A stretch of 53,924 bases of DNA from Halocafeteria seosinensis. Lineage: Eukaryota. Position numbers and translations under genes: made by a program. Below are positions 1 through 11,532 of the stretch, one piece after another (position 1 is the stretch's first letter; every line of letters begins with the position of its first letter). A model generated the notes under the pieces. It ran no database searches and was not told where the DNA came from. It saw only the letters and a list, made by a program, of their open reading frames with translations. The stretch covers positions 248,001-301,924 of the forward strand of contig LVLI01000295.1 of the NCBI GenBank assembly GCA_001687465.1, in the 5' to 3' direction.

Positions 1-1433
1 TGTACATAATCAGTAGTTGCGGATGCTGTTGAAGAGCCCACTCGTTTGGCCCCCACTTCCATTGCATCCCACAGTTCTGAGAAGGCTACAAGACTAGCTG
101 CGCCAATTTTCCTGAAATTCCTACCGGTAGCCGAAGATGCTGCGGGCTCACATATTTGGAAGTACACATGCACAAGTACTACGTATGATCTGATACAAAA
201 CAATGACTTACTGGCAGAAGAGAGTTGCTTGCCGTACTCCGTTTGTGCGACAGCGCCACTAAGCTGCTTTCCAAGCACACTTGAAACGTATGTTACTCCA
301 TGTACAAGGCCCGAACTAACAGCCACTGCCGAAGAAGTTACCGCCCTGGCTGTGGTCAAGTGATTCTTGGCAGATTCCGAGATCTCAAGGTCGCTATCGC
401 ACCGGTTCGTTCGACGTTTCAAAACGTCGCCCGCCCTGAACATTGAAATAATTGCAACATTTTGTCAATTCAAGTTTCGGGGATACTATTAGCACTTACC
501 AAGAGATGGCTCTTGCCGTGTAGTCCGCGCCACTTACGATCCCGGTAGCAGTCACTCTACTGGCTGAAGATAAGGCAGAAACCACGTAGTCCGTCCAATG
601 AGTGGGATCTGCTTCACTGGTAGCTGCGGACTCCGTGGAACCACTCTCGATAGACCTAGCTTCTTCTGCTACCTCGGGAGGAACTTCAATTGGCCCCTCT
701 TCCCGATCACGGAGAGTGGCATACGCTCTGAGGAAAAACTCCAGTTGCTTAATTTTGATAGAAGAAGTCTTTTCATTAAGCTGCATCGTAAAACTATGTT
801 GATGATCCGCAGGCATTATATAGGTACGATGGCCATCCTCTTCGACCCCGCAGTTCATTATAGGCTGGCCAACTAGAGGGTAGCTGAAGTCTTCAATCAT
901 CAAAAAAACCAGCGGTTTACCCTGTTCGTCGGGAGTTTTTATTATATTCATCTCTCCGAACGCCTCCGGTCGTATGGTCCCATCTGTCGAAACAGACTGA
1001 ATAAACACCTGCAGCGCAAAATTAAAGAAAATGCTATAAGTGCCGTGCCACCTGTTAAAGTGTTTTTTCATGGACGCCTTCTCACCTTTGACAAGAGAAA
1101 CAAGCGTCGTGCCTCTACACTGCAGTCATCTTTGGGGTTAGTTTCGCTCCGTTTGTTCGTCGATTTCTTTCTCCTCGTAGGTGGTAGAGGCTTCTTTTGC
1201 AGCTTCTGCGCTTCCCCAGCATCGTTATCTGCCGGCTGCGCTAGAGATGTTCCGGAGGCCACTCCCGGTTGTCTTTGAGACTTGTCACTAATTGCATCTG
1301 GTTCGTTCCTTTGTACGGAACCTCCATTTACGTCCGCCTGAGCGCTCTGGTATGAACTATGGCGAGGAGGAGGAGCAACCACAGCCGAGGTACCCGCAGC
1401 AGTGGCGTCGCTCTCCGAGCTGCTGCTTGCCAT
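1..1433 (-). CDS. Spartin/senescence-associated domain protein (SPG20/ERD7-like), 3' end runs off the window
   Basis: ATG at 1433. GT-AG introns at 1085-1009, 499-436 and 211-140 join in frame. The spliced C-terminal part reads 'WTDYVVSALSSASRVTATGIVSGADYTARAISWAGDVLKRR...VSSGLVHGVTYVSSVLGKQL...KIGAASLVAFSELWDAMEVGAKRVGSSTASATTDYV', the amphipathic pattern of the senescence/spartin domain. Confidence 0.8.
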
Positions 1434-1835
1434 TTGACTGCTCGACAATACCTGATGCGGGACAAATCAAATACGCATTTCCTCCTTCTCTTCCAATGCG
1501 AACCTGGCAATACACTATATATATATGGGTGGGAAAACAAGACAGAAAATTTCTTCAGATGCTTAAGTTGAAGTTGGCCAGCGATATTCAAAGCAGGGAA
1601 AATTCTAGAATTTCTAGGCTAGGTTCGTTGCACGTAATTCTCATTAGGCGGAGAATAGCATTTATTCGAATAGTTACAACTTTTGTAGCCGATTGGGGAT
1701 CTACAGTTGTACCGCTACCCTCAGAGCTGAGTTCCCAGTCCGCAACCGTGGTCCGTTCTACTGGTTATAGAATTGTAAATGCAAGCATGAGTATTAAAAT
1801 TGCTAACTATCAGAGAAACTTAGGCTCAAATCTCA

Positions 1836-4352
1836 TCAAATCAGATGGGGTAAGTGTGGATTCGCTGTGTAAAGGAGCCTGCCATGAATCAGACTCTCCG
1901 AAAAGGTAGTTCCAGTTTTCTCTAGTTCTCGTAAATCACGAGAACGACATATTTGATGCAAGAGACGACCTGTCTGGCAACCGAGTATTGGAGTGTGCAA
2001 AGGATCGATACCCAGTTTTTGGGCGCGTGTGAGAGCTCCAACAAAGTCTCTCTGCGAGTTCAAGTGTTTAGTAGGCTCAGGCGAAATGAGTTTCAAGATT
2101 TCGCATATATCTTCGTGCCGTGGAGTCGGAGGCATCACGAATCCACCAACATCCTTCCTCCAAAAAGTGATGAGCTCCTTCTTCCCCTTTAACTGCTTTG
2201 AGATGAAATTCGTCAGTTCCTCCTTTGAACCATTACTACTTGTGAATGCCAATAATCCGAGCGCTTTGCCGTGCTTATTCCAAGCTTCAATCGCTTCCTC
2301 GGTGGATAGTTTCTTTAGCGGAAAAATTTCGGCGGGACAGAAACCAATACCGTCTGATCTTTCGATTGAGAAACATATGGTACTGTCATCTAAAGGAGGT
2401 TCCCATTGAGAAACTTTCATGTTTGTCCAGTACATTTTCCCAGTTGATCTTGACTTGCATAACTCCCACCTTGGGCTGTGTACGTGGCCATCTCGAATTA
2501 GAGATATCTCAGTCTGAATTGCAGTTTCCAAAGCCCGTCTCGTGTGAACATTTCTGTGGGGGAGAATGATGTATGCTTCCTGCAAAGTAAAGTGTTGATC
2601 CGGTGGAAGATCCATCATCTTAAGTGCTTTCTTAACAGGCTCGAATACATAATCATCACCAACAATAACGGCCGCGGGAAAATCTGCACGAAGTCTATTC
2701 AGCAGTGACACTAATCGGTCCGTCTTTTTCTCGCAATCGACAAAGACTAAGTTCGGAATGCAATTCAGACTCTTTAAAACGCCTGAAGCATCGTGACAGT
2801 CTATTTGCATTGTGAAAATCCCACTATTGTCATGGTGGTCACGCAGCTGAGAAGCAAAGCCTTCGCAGTTTTTGTGGACAGTCTCCATTCTCGGATGGTT
2901 AAGAAACATCTTATCAATCGGTTGTATACGTCGCAAACGGCGTTCGTACACGGCATTATTCTTAAATCGGTCAGCGGTAATGATGCGCAGTGCTTCGTTT
3001 GTCTGATAATTAAGGTGTTGCGCAATCACCCTCGTAGAAAGGCCGTACCATGTACCCAGTTCTAGCACTGTGGTAGGCGAGAACATTTTCATCGCGGCAA
3101 TAAGGGCTGCTCGAGTATCACAGCTCAACCACCCGTGACTGAAAGGTGTACCGAAACGTGCCCATTGTGGTCGTACCTTCTGGAAACGCCCGTCGCGTTC
3201 AAGATCCTCTTTCTTGAAACAGGAGTTCTGACCACTTAAATGGCAGTTTTTGCACATTTCGGGACAATCGGGCACACTACCAGTGTAGTCACTACTTACT
3301 AAGATGGCACCCACAGTTGCTGCTATTCGGTCAATTATAGTTTGGTCTAAATTTTCAGCAAATGGGTTGACTCCGTTCATTTGCTTCCACTGAAGCGGCG
3401 TCAGTACCCATAAATTTTGCTCCAATAGTACTGGATAAGAGGGGATAAATGGGTCAAGAGATACGTTTTGAACTTGTTCTCGAAAATCCAGAATGATTAA
3501 CTCGGGGCAATGGTTATGACTGTAGAGCGCTTCATGAACTGCGTTGTTTAATTCCCCTGGCATACCGCACGGGAAGCGGGAATTCCGATGTCCGACGTCG
3601 TGAGGAACCGTCACTTCCCTGTTCGAATTGCTCAATTGCTTCCTTTCTACCGAGTAAGTTCTTACTTCTGAGTTGCCGTCCGCAATAGTGTTGCTTGAAA
3701 AGCTATTGAATTCGGAAGATACTGAAATCGCAGGCTCCACGTGTTGTCTTCCGACTGACACATAGGCTAGCTTTTTGGGGATCCGGCCGGGGAAGCGTCT
3801 CAAGAGAAAGCGTTCCAGATATTGGACAGTAATATGATTCCGCTTAGTCACTGGAGATAGGACCTGTAGTTTGTATGAACGTTTCAAAGCCCCTGGGTGC
3901 TGCTCAATCGTGGTTTCGTCGGTATTCGGTAAAGCCTCCGTGGATACTGACGCTGAGCGCACATCGTCTAGTGAGGTAGGCCTATAGAGGAAGAATGTGT
4001 ACGCTGGTTCAGGATCGAGGCCTCTTAGATATGGAGTAAAACGACGAAAGGATGGATCATACTGCCATCCGACTTTACACCATTCGTTAACACCACGCAA
4101 GCACTTCATTTCGGCTACGTCGGCATCGGCATCACTAGAACTTCCTCTCAACCCTTGCAAGCTCTTTTTCTGCGATGCGTCAATCCAAAGAGAGAACAAC
4201 GTTTGCTCATCTTTAGCGGACGGAGGTTTGCTAGGATACTCGTTTAGCTCTTCGCCAACAGGTCCGGTTCTTCCTAATTCATCGTCTGGATACAGGGGGA
4301 ATGCTTCGCCGGGCGAAGCAAGTACGTCCCCGAGAATGTCACGCTTGCTCAT
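1836..4352 (-). CDS. Intronless 838-aa protein with class I SAM-methyltransferase-like domain (Methyltransf_24-type) followed by a WW domain
   Basis: Long uninterrupted ORF. Motif I 'TVLELGTWYGLST', then 'IITADRF', 'LVFVDCEK' and 'VIVGDDY' (about 3150-2620). WW signature 'PRWELCKSRSTGKMYWTNMKVSQWEPP' (about 2475-2395). Confidence 0.75.
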   Translation of the reverse strand: MSKRDILGDVLASPGEAFPLYPDDELGRTGPVGEELNEYPSKPPSAKDEQTLFSLWIDASQKKSLQGLRGSSSDADADVAEMKCLRGVNEWCKVGWQYDPSFRRFTPYLRGLDPEPAYTFFLYRPTSLDDVRSASVSTEALPNTDETTIEQHPGALKRSYKLQVLSPVTKRNHITVQYLERFLLRRFPGRIPKKLAYVSVGRQHVEPAISVSSEFNSFSSNTIADGNSEVRTYSVERKQLSNSNREVTVPHDVGHRNSRFPCGMPGELNNAVHEALYSHNHCPELIILDFREQVQNVSLDPFIPSYPVLLEQNLWVLTPLQWKQMNGVNPFAENLDQTIIDRIAATVGAILVSSDYTGSVPDCPEMCKNCHLSGQNSCFKKEDLERDGRFQKVRPQWARFGTPFSHGWLSCDTRAALIAAMKMFSPTTVLELGTWYGLSTRVIAQHLNYQTNEALRIITADRFKNNAVYERRLRRIQPIDKMFLNHPRMETVHKNCEGFASQLRDHHDNSGIFTMQIDCHDASGVLKSLNCIPNLVFVDCEKKTDRLVSLLNRLRADFPAAVIVGDDYVFEPVKKALKMMDLPPDQHFTLQEAYIILPHRNVHTRRALETAIQTEISLIRDGHVHSPRWELCKSRSTGKMYWTNMKVSQWEPPLDDSTICFSIERSDGIGFCPAEIFPLKKLSTEEAIEAWNKHGKALGLLAFTSSNGSKEELTNFISKQLKGKKELITFWRKDVGGFVMPPTPRHEDICEILKLISPEPTKHLNSQRDFVGALTRAQKLGIDPLHTPILGCQTGRLLHQICRSRDLRELEKTGTTFSESLIHGRLLYTANPHLPHLI

Positions 4353-4631
4353 ACCAACGTAGCAATGTATACATTAAGTCTTAGAAGTACTTTTGAGATA
4401 AATGAGCACATGCATTCAAAGAGACAAACACCTACTAGGCCCTTCTATACGAAGTTGCTGGAGTGTATTCAAGTTCAATGTAGTACGTTGCCGTAACCTT
4501 GGTCACTAAGTAAGTCTGTGAATCATATGTAGTTGCGTCGAAACCCTTATTCCCCTGAAAAAGGAACATAATGGTTCTGGTTCAGTAGCCAGTGCAATCT
4601 ATTACGGGACCCAGCGCACTGGTGGACCGGC

Positions 4632-7600
4632 TTAAGCATTGACTGCAAAATGATGGGCGTTCATATGCTCTATCAAGAAGCTGTTTATCAACGTCAGTAC
4701 GACTAATATCAGCAGCATCACTGCGACAGCATAGCGCGTATGAAATAGAAGATCCGTTCCCGCTCGAACAGGATTGACTTGGTGTTTTGCATAAATCCAA
4801 CAACACAGTAGGCCAAACGTCATCATCATGACACAAGCCCCTATAATACTGAGGACAGTTCCCTGCACATACGAATCGTTGTCGAGGGAAACATACGGCC
4901 AATACTGTTTGTTTGGGGAGTAGAACCTGTAGTATGTTAAGGAGATGACGAAGCTCAGGTCTGCACATGTTCTCGAAAATGCTTCCATGAATAGTTCCTG
5001 ACAGCGTAAAATTAACCACAGCGGCTGGCTGTCTCGTTTTTGTAGACCTGCCAGTCCTGAATAGGAGGTAGAGTAAGGTTCCATCTCAGTATCTTGGTCA
5101 AGAAACGGGTCACTCTGTGTATAGATAACAGACGAATGTCTGCGTCGACGTCTCTTACCAGTTCGTCTACCCGTACCGTTACACCGTTCGTCATCTTCAT
5201 GTTGCGAAATTGCTCTTAAAATGGGGCTACTTGACTCCTCACCATCCGGTGTGCTGTTATCAAATTTCTGCACAGCCGAATTTTCTTTGTCCTTCGACAT
5301 GGACACGGAAAGATCATCAGCTGTGGATTGACATTTGGATTGATGTTCACTGACCTCCGTGCCGACTGAGCTCCGCCTCCTCGTTAAGTAGCGTCTCGAG
5401 AGCATTTTTCTCGTGTGTGCGGGAGTTTCCGAAGCAAGGTGCTGCGTTATGTCAAAGGCCCAGAGTGCGTTCGTATATAATAAGACCAAAATCTGTAATA
5501 TGAGGATGCCCACGAACACCCATATTGCAGCTACCTCTGGGCTTATCGCAGCGACGAAGTGATCCCCCAAAAATTGAATATAGAATCCAACAAAAGGGCG
5601 AGTGAAAAAGTTCACAGCGTCATCACGATTTCCTGAAGGTCCATAAGCGTATCGGTAGAGCGACCTAGTGGAAAGGTGAGCTGCAACGAGACTCAGTAGT
5701 TCAAAGACGACGCCAAATCCAAACTGCGCAACTGCACTCCCTTCTGCCAGTGTTACGAATGCAATGACGAAGCCCATACAAAGCAGGTAGAAGGCGCCGC
5801 CTGTGAGCGTAATTCCTACGACAACAATAACTCTACGTCGAATTAACCCCTTTCTCCTGCGGCTTGATCCAGCCTGCAAAATTGATAGGTCCCTATCCGA
5901 ACTTTCGTTGCTGTAACCCCTAGTCAGACTGTGTGCACCACCCTTTTTCGTTGTAAACGTGGACTTTTGTTCTTTCGGAATCTCCTGCGAGTCTTTTTCA
6001 ACCCAAGAAGATTCACTCTGAGTTACCGTCTCAACAAACTGTTTCGGCGGAAGAATCTTAGGGACCGAGTCGGACCGTCCGACCGAGTTCGGCGTGTTCG
6101 AAGCGTGAATAGTGGCGACCTGTATTCGGTTTCCTTTGAAGGAACTATTGTCATTGGTTCCTGCGGTAGAGGAAATAGATTTTGTTTCTGAGCGATTTGC
6201 CGTCACCGGAGTGCTTGGAGTTTCAGTTGGAGTACTACATTTGGATCCCGGAGTAGTTTGCTCCCAAGCAGACCTACAGGAAAACGGTTTCGCATCCGTT
6301 TGTGACTTTGAGCCTAAACCAGTGTTTTTATGAGGTGCTCTAAAGCATGTATCACCATCCAATATTGAGCTATCCTCCTTGTTGGTTAGGGACTTCGTTA
6401 GGCGGCTAACAAAAGTTGTCCAACTCACAGACAAGAAAGGTAGGGCACCTTCGTTAGAATTCAGAGGTCGATAGATACTATATCTGTGGTAGGAGATTCT
6501 GTTAAATGCTAGAAGACAGCCTATTCGTGTTACGAAGTTTCTGAAACAAAAGATCCTGGCTGAATGGGGATGAGGAGCCATTTCTTGAGCATCATGATAC
6601 TCTCGAACGATCTTTTCATAAGCATTACTGGATTCTGCAGGAAGGACTGGGAGATAGTCAGAAGATTCAGGTTGTAAGGTAAAACCTGCGGACCAAGAAG
6701 AGGAACGGCTTCGGGTTTCTTCGCTTGCTTCCGAAAGAATCATTTGCCATGTACCGAGGGAGCCGCGGCGGCCAAACCGCCCTGACCATTTCGAATCATT
6801 GTTGTGATGAATGCGATCTACCATTTGTTTGATGCACTCTACAGCTTGCGGTTGCTTCGTGCTGCCTTCACTCTGCTGTATTCGCCTCCCAGAGGTGGAG
6901 AAACGCCGGGGTAGGCGTTTAAGAAACGCTTGTTTGTTCTTCTTCTTTCGCTGACGCCGCTCTTCTATTCGTTTCGCAAACCGCACAGCCAGCAACGTTG
7001 CGATCACTAAGAAAACAGTCGCCCCGGAAAGCTGTGAAACTTGTAAGTAGTCAGGGTTTCAGTGACTGAGGAACGAAGCAACAACAGTTCTACGTACTCC
7101 TGTTAAAAAGGGAACCGGAAACGCCTTGAAAATTCGCGGTATAATATCTCCGATGAACAAAGAAACTGCTGCGTATATTAGTGGCACAGTACTACTCCAA
7201 TAAGGTGAGTCATCGGCTCCAGTGTATGCCAAGCAAGCTACATAAACATAGCAGAAGACCACAGTCAGGGAAATGAAATAGTACATCCACCTGCAGAAAT
7301 TGCCGAGAAAACAGACAAGTTAATTCAGACAACATTGCCCGTGAAGCTTTTGCAAAATTTAGAGGGGCATTTCTCGAAAGACACATACCATCCGATCACC
7401 ACTTCTTGAAATCCTGAGGCTGGAGGCTCCAAGGGAATTGAGGCAACGGCAAAAACTAAACCCAAGGGTACCACAAGTATACCAACGAGTTTCAGTAGGA
7501 CAATTGTCCACTGCGAACATCCCCATGTTTCATTCCCAGGCTGTAAGTCTTGAATGAACTTCTTCGAGCTCACAGAGAGCCTCCGAATCCTCTCCAGTGA

Positions 7601-7675
7601 GGACCGCCTCGTCCGCTTCCGGTCCTCCGGTGCTTCTGGTTTACTTTCAGGAGCCACTTGCGCAGAATTGCCCAT
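4632..7675 (-). CDS. Uncharacterised multi-pass membrane protein with large Ser/Arg-rich loops
   Basis: Exons 7675-7389, 7290-7098 and 7031-4632 join in frame through GT-AG introns. About 10-12 hydrophobic segments fall in three clusters separated by long low-complexity loops. The N-terminus 'MGNSAQ' resembles a myristoylation motif. Confidence 0.7.
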
Positions 7676-8714
7676 GATCGAAATAAGCTACGGTATCGCG
7701 GTCCAGTGCAAACTGATTCGGACGTGTGTATCGCCCAGTTCACGCTCAAATATTCCGGAATGAGGATGGCGCGCACCCGACGTGGAACCAAACCGCCAGA
7801 CAGAATCGCAACCTCACTCCGCAACTCCTTCTAACACTCTACAGGCACATATTTGTACTGCGAAAATGGGAAATAACTACTCCACAAGTTCCTCTGTTAA
7901 AGCATTAATCCGGATTGGATATCGACATCTGAATGCAATACTGCAACCAACCGCATGTTGTCCCGTGGATAGCCAGCGAGTTGGGTCGCACCGATGTACT
8001 CGCAGTCAGTACCGGCGTGTCACGGTTGTGGTAGAAAGTGGTGGGTGACGCCCCTTCTTTCTCGCAACCGTTCATATCCATGTGTAATGCAACGTGTAAT
8101 CCCTTGAGACAGGCTCTATGGAGACCCTTCCGTACACAGCCAGGAGTGCTCATGCGGAAGTGAATTGGGGGTCATTGTCGGTGATGGGACGACGAGAGGG
8201 AAGCTGTTGTATCTGCCAATACGAAGCCTCCCTCAACCAGGCTTCATGCATGACCATCTTTCATATCATATTGGTTTCATCGGAATGAAAGTGGTGCAAC
8301 GCAGGAAGAGTTTTCGTCTTCTCTGCGGAGACGGAGATTATTGGAGATATGAGAGCACCAGGCACTCCTGCAACGCGGTTTACACTGTACGTGTATGTCA
8401 AGAGCTTAAACTTACACTACTGCGCTTTCAGGTGAATATAGTGTAGATAGCTCCCGAGAAAGACTCAGCGCTGAAAGCGTTGAAGATAAGATGCCACCCA
8501 GTACCGTGTAGTAGCCTAGTAGGTAGGTGGTGTTAGGCAAGTTGGAACTAATGGAACTACTTTAATGAGTTTCGACTATGCGCTACTACTGCTACTCTAC
8601 TGGAAGTAGTTTGATTGTGCCACCTTATTACATGGGAACCATCATCATGCGTATATGAGTACAATACATGTATGGTATGACCCGCTCAATTTCCGCATCC
8701 AGCCAGTTTCCTGA

Positions 8715-11361
8715 AGAGAAGACTTCTGGGAAGTTCACAAACGAGTCTATCCGAATTGGTTTGTTCTACGCTACCACTGGTTGTGTTCGCTCGGGGGCGA
8801 AGCCGTATTTGATCCGGAGCGAGTAATACAGAGTGCAAGGCCACGGAACGTGGCACCACAGTACAAGTAAGTGCATTATCCGAGTGAATGCGAGCATCTT
8901 TCAGGCCACTGAACGCTCAGGTTGAGTCGTCAGCGCTATACCATTTGGAGCTGGAACTGAAGTTGGTTGGCGTGTTCTGAAGTACTTAGACCGGAGAATG
9001 GCTTCAAATCACCTCTGTTCACCTGTATATGGTGTTTTTCAAGCGCAGAAAATGACGAGTGAACAACATACCCTCCCTTCAACCATCCGTACGTCAGAGT
9101 CAAGCAACCCGATACCGGAGCTACGGTACACAACAGGCGGCAGCGGCACGGATACCTGGACAGCAAGTGAAAGACTTCGCGTGCTTGGTCTTTTACGGCG
9201 CCTAACGTCTCACAGAGGCTCCCATGATACAAGTGGAAGCACTATTGGGTTAGCATGGCCTGCGTATAGAATGCTCAAGGTAAAGTCTTACGTTGTTGGT
9301 CGAGTCATTCATTCTATGGACCTTTTTGAAAACTTGCGAATTGATGGAAACAGACTGCTATCTTATCGGGGCAGCATGATAGCGTGATGAAGCCACTTCT
9401 TCCTTGGGCAGCGCAGGACACGAGCCTGTTGGCGTATAACAGCGATGCGCAGGAACGCTTCGTCAAGGACTTGAAAACAGTGCTGAAGAACATACTTGCG
9501 GGCGATGCAGCAGGGATCGGTACAAGAATTCAGCGGGTACTGCTACCTTCTGACAGAGGCCAAATAGTTGCGAGGAGCTGCAGAGGGCCTTCAACGCAGC
9601 GGAACGCGAGCTGGTATGACGATTCGCCAGATCCGGCAAGCACGGAAGGTCTAATCGGAACATCGGTACAAATAGAAGTTAAACAGGAGGGAGGAACGAC
9701 TTCGCATCCTTGGACTTCCGCGGCTTCCGCTAGAAGTACAGGTCCGTCTTCAGTGCGTGTCTTGGATAGGACGGAGCAATCCCCTGAGGGGACTGCTCCA
9801 GATGTGTATGTTCAAAGCCGTGCACATACTGACCATACCCCCAGTCCTCTTGCTCGAACGAAGAGCGCCATCGGAGCAGCAGCAGCATACCACAACGTGC
9901 CGGTGTCGGCGGATACGGATACTCCAATTTCCACAAGTTCAAGTACGGATGGGAGGTTTTATGCCTCTGAGGGTACTCGATCCGTATCTATGCCTTCTCA
10001 TTCTTCCGCCATTGACCTTCCATACTTGGAGGCATCAGTGGATACCACTGCGCGGCAAACTCAAGGCCTGGCGCCCTTTGGCGCTACTATAACAACTCAG
10101 GTCCAACGACATGTTGATACCTCGCAAGTCTCCCTTAAGCCCAGCCTTGGGTCAGAAAACTATCATGAGCCGACATACAACGCTAACGGCTCGGATATGT
10201 CGAAGACAGACAAGTCCAGTGACTATCTGTATGGAGTGTCATTCACAGGGGGAAGACACAATATGTTTGACCAGAGACTCAACGATGTGACCATATTATA
10301 TTATGCCACAGACATGCGTGAGGTAGCGAAGCGTGTGGCGTCGCTTAGTAAGGGCACAGTGATCCTCCATGAAACCCAGTTCGGAAAGTTCGCCGATGGA
10401 TTCCCAGATATCTTCCTAGAGAACGTAAAGGATGTTAGATACAACAGGGTCGCCTACTTAGCTTCGTTGCATAAACAAGAGGACTTGTTTGAGCAGCTGA
10501 GTATTCTGTATACTTTGCCTAGGTAAGGCCCTCTACTCTGGTTGTTTCCCGCGAACTGAAGCCTCCCAATTTCTGGTCAAGCAGGTATGGAGCATTATCT
10601 TTCACGGCAATAGTACCGTGGTTCCCCACTGGTACGATGGAGAGGATTGATAAAGTGGGGCAAGTGGCTACTGCGAAAACGTTGGCCCGGATGCTCTCCA
10701 TGTTACCACCCTCCGCAACCGGGCCGCCGCAACTTGTAATGCTCGATGTGCATGCCTTGCAAGAGCTCTTTTACTTCAGCGATTCGATACTAGTGCGTCC
10801 TAAGAGTTGTGTTCATCTTCTCATAGATCGGTTGCTTCAATTGGAGGATGTTGAGAATATTGCAAGTAAGTTGTTTCCTCAGGCGTTTGGTCCTGTGTGC
10901 CCCATCAACAAAGCTGCACCATACTTGAACCCACTGCAGTTGCGTTCCCTGATGAAGGGGCATACAAGCGGTTCCATGCTCATTTCGATGCCGCGTTCCC
11001 GACTATAGTATGTGCGAAGAGGCGAGAAAATGACAGCCGTCATATCGTGATCAACGAAGGTGATCCAAAAGGTAAACATGTGGTCATTGTTGACGATCTT
11101 ATTCAAACAGGAGGAACGCTTCTTCAGTGTGCTCGCGCCTTGACGACCCGGGGTGCCACGAAGATAAGTGCCTACGTCACACACGGGGTTTTCCCTAATC
11201 AAAGCTGGCGCAAGTTTCTACCATCAGAGTGCGGGAACTTATTTGAATATTTCTGGATTACCGATAGCATTCCAACCACGGCAAGGGAGGTAGAAAATCG
11301 CCCGCCGTTTGAAATCCTCTCCATAGCTGAGACAGTGTCATCGCTCTTGGCAGAGAGGTAG
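8715..11361 (+). CDS. PRS4: Ribose-phosphate pyrophosphokinase, class II (plant PRS3/PRS4-like), with long N-terminal extension; true start unresolved
   Basis: Catalytic part from about 10280: 'FADGFPDIFLENVKDVR', 'FEQLSILYTLPR', 'VPWFPTGTMERID', 'AFPDEGAYKRF' and the PRPP-binding loop 'VVIVDDLIQTGGTL'. Introns at 10523-10584 and 10866-10939. Upstream in-frame exons join through introns 8867-8933 and 9280-9374. Confidence 0.88.
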
Positions 11362-11532
11362 CACGCACAAATGTGTGTAATTCAATACAGTAACTCCTAG
11401 ACCCAAAATTCCAGTGAGTATGGTTAATTCTCCTCCATAGCTCCCGCTCTCCTGAACCTACACCCTTGGCAGGAACGTAGTGAATATGTGTAACTCAATA
11501 CAATAGTCAATGTAGTATCCGCATGATGATGG

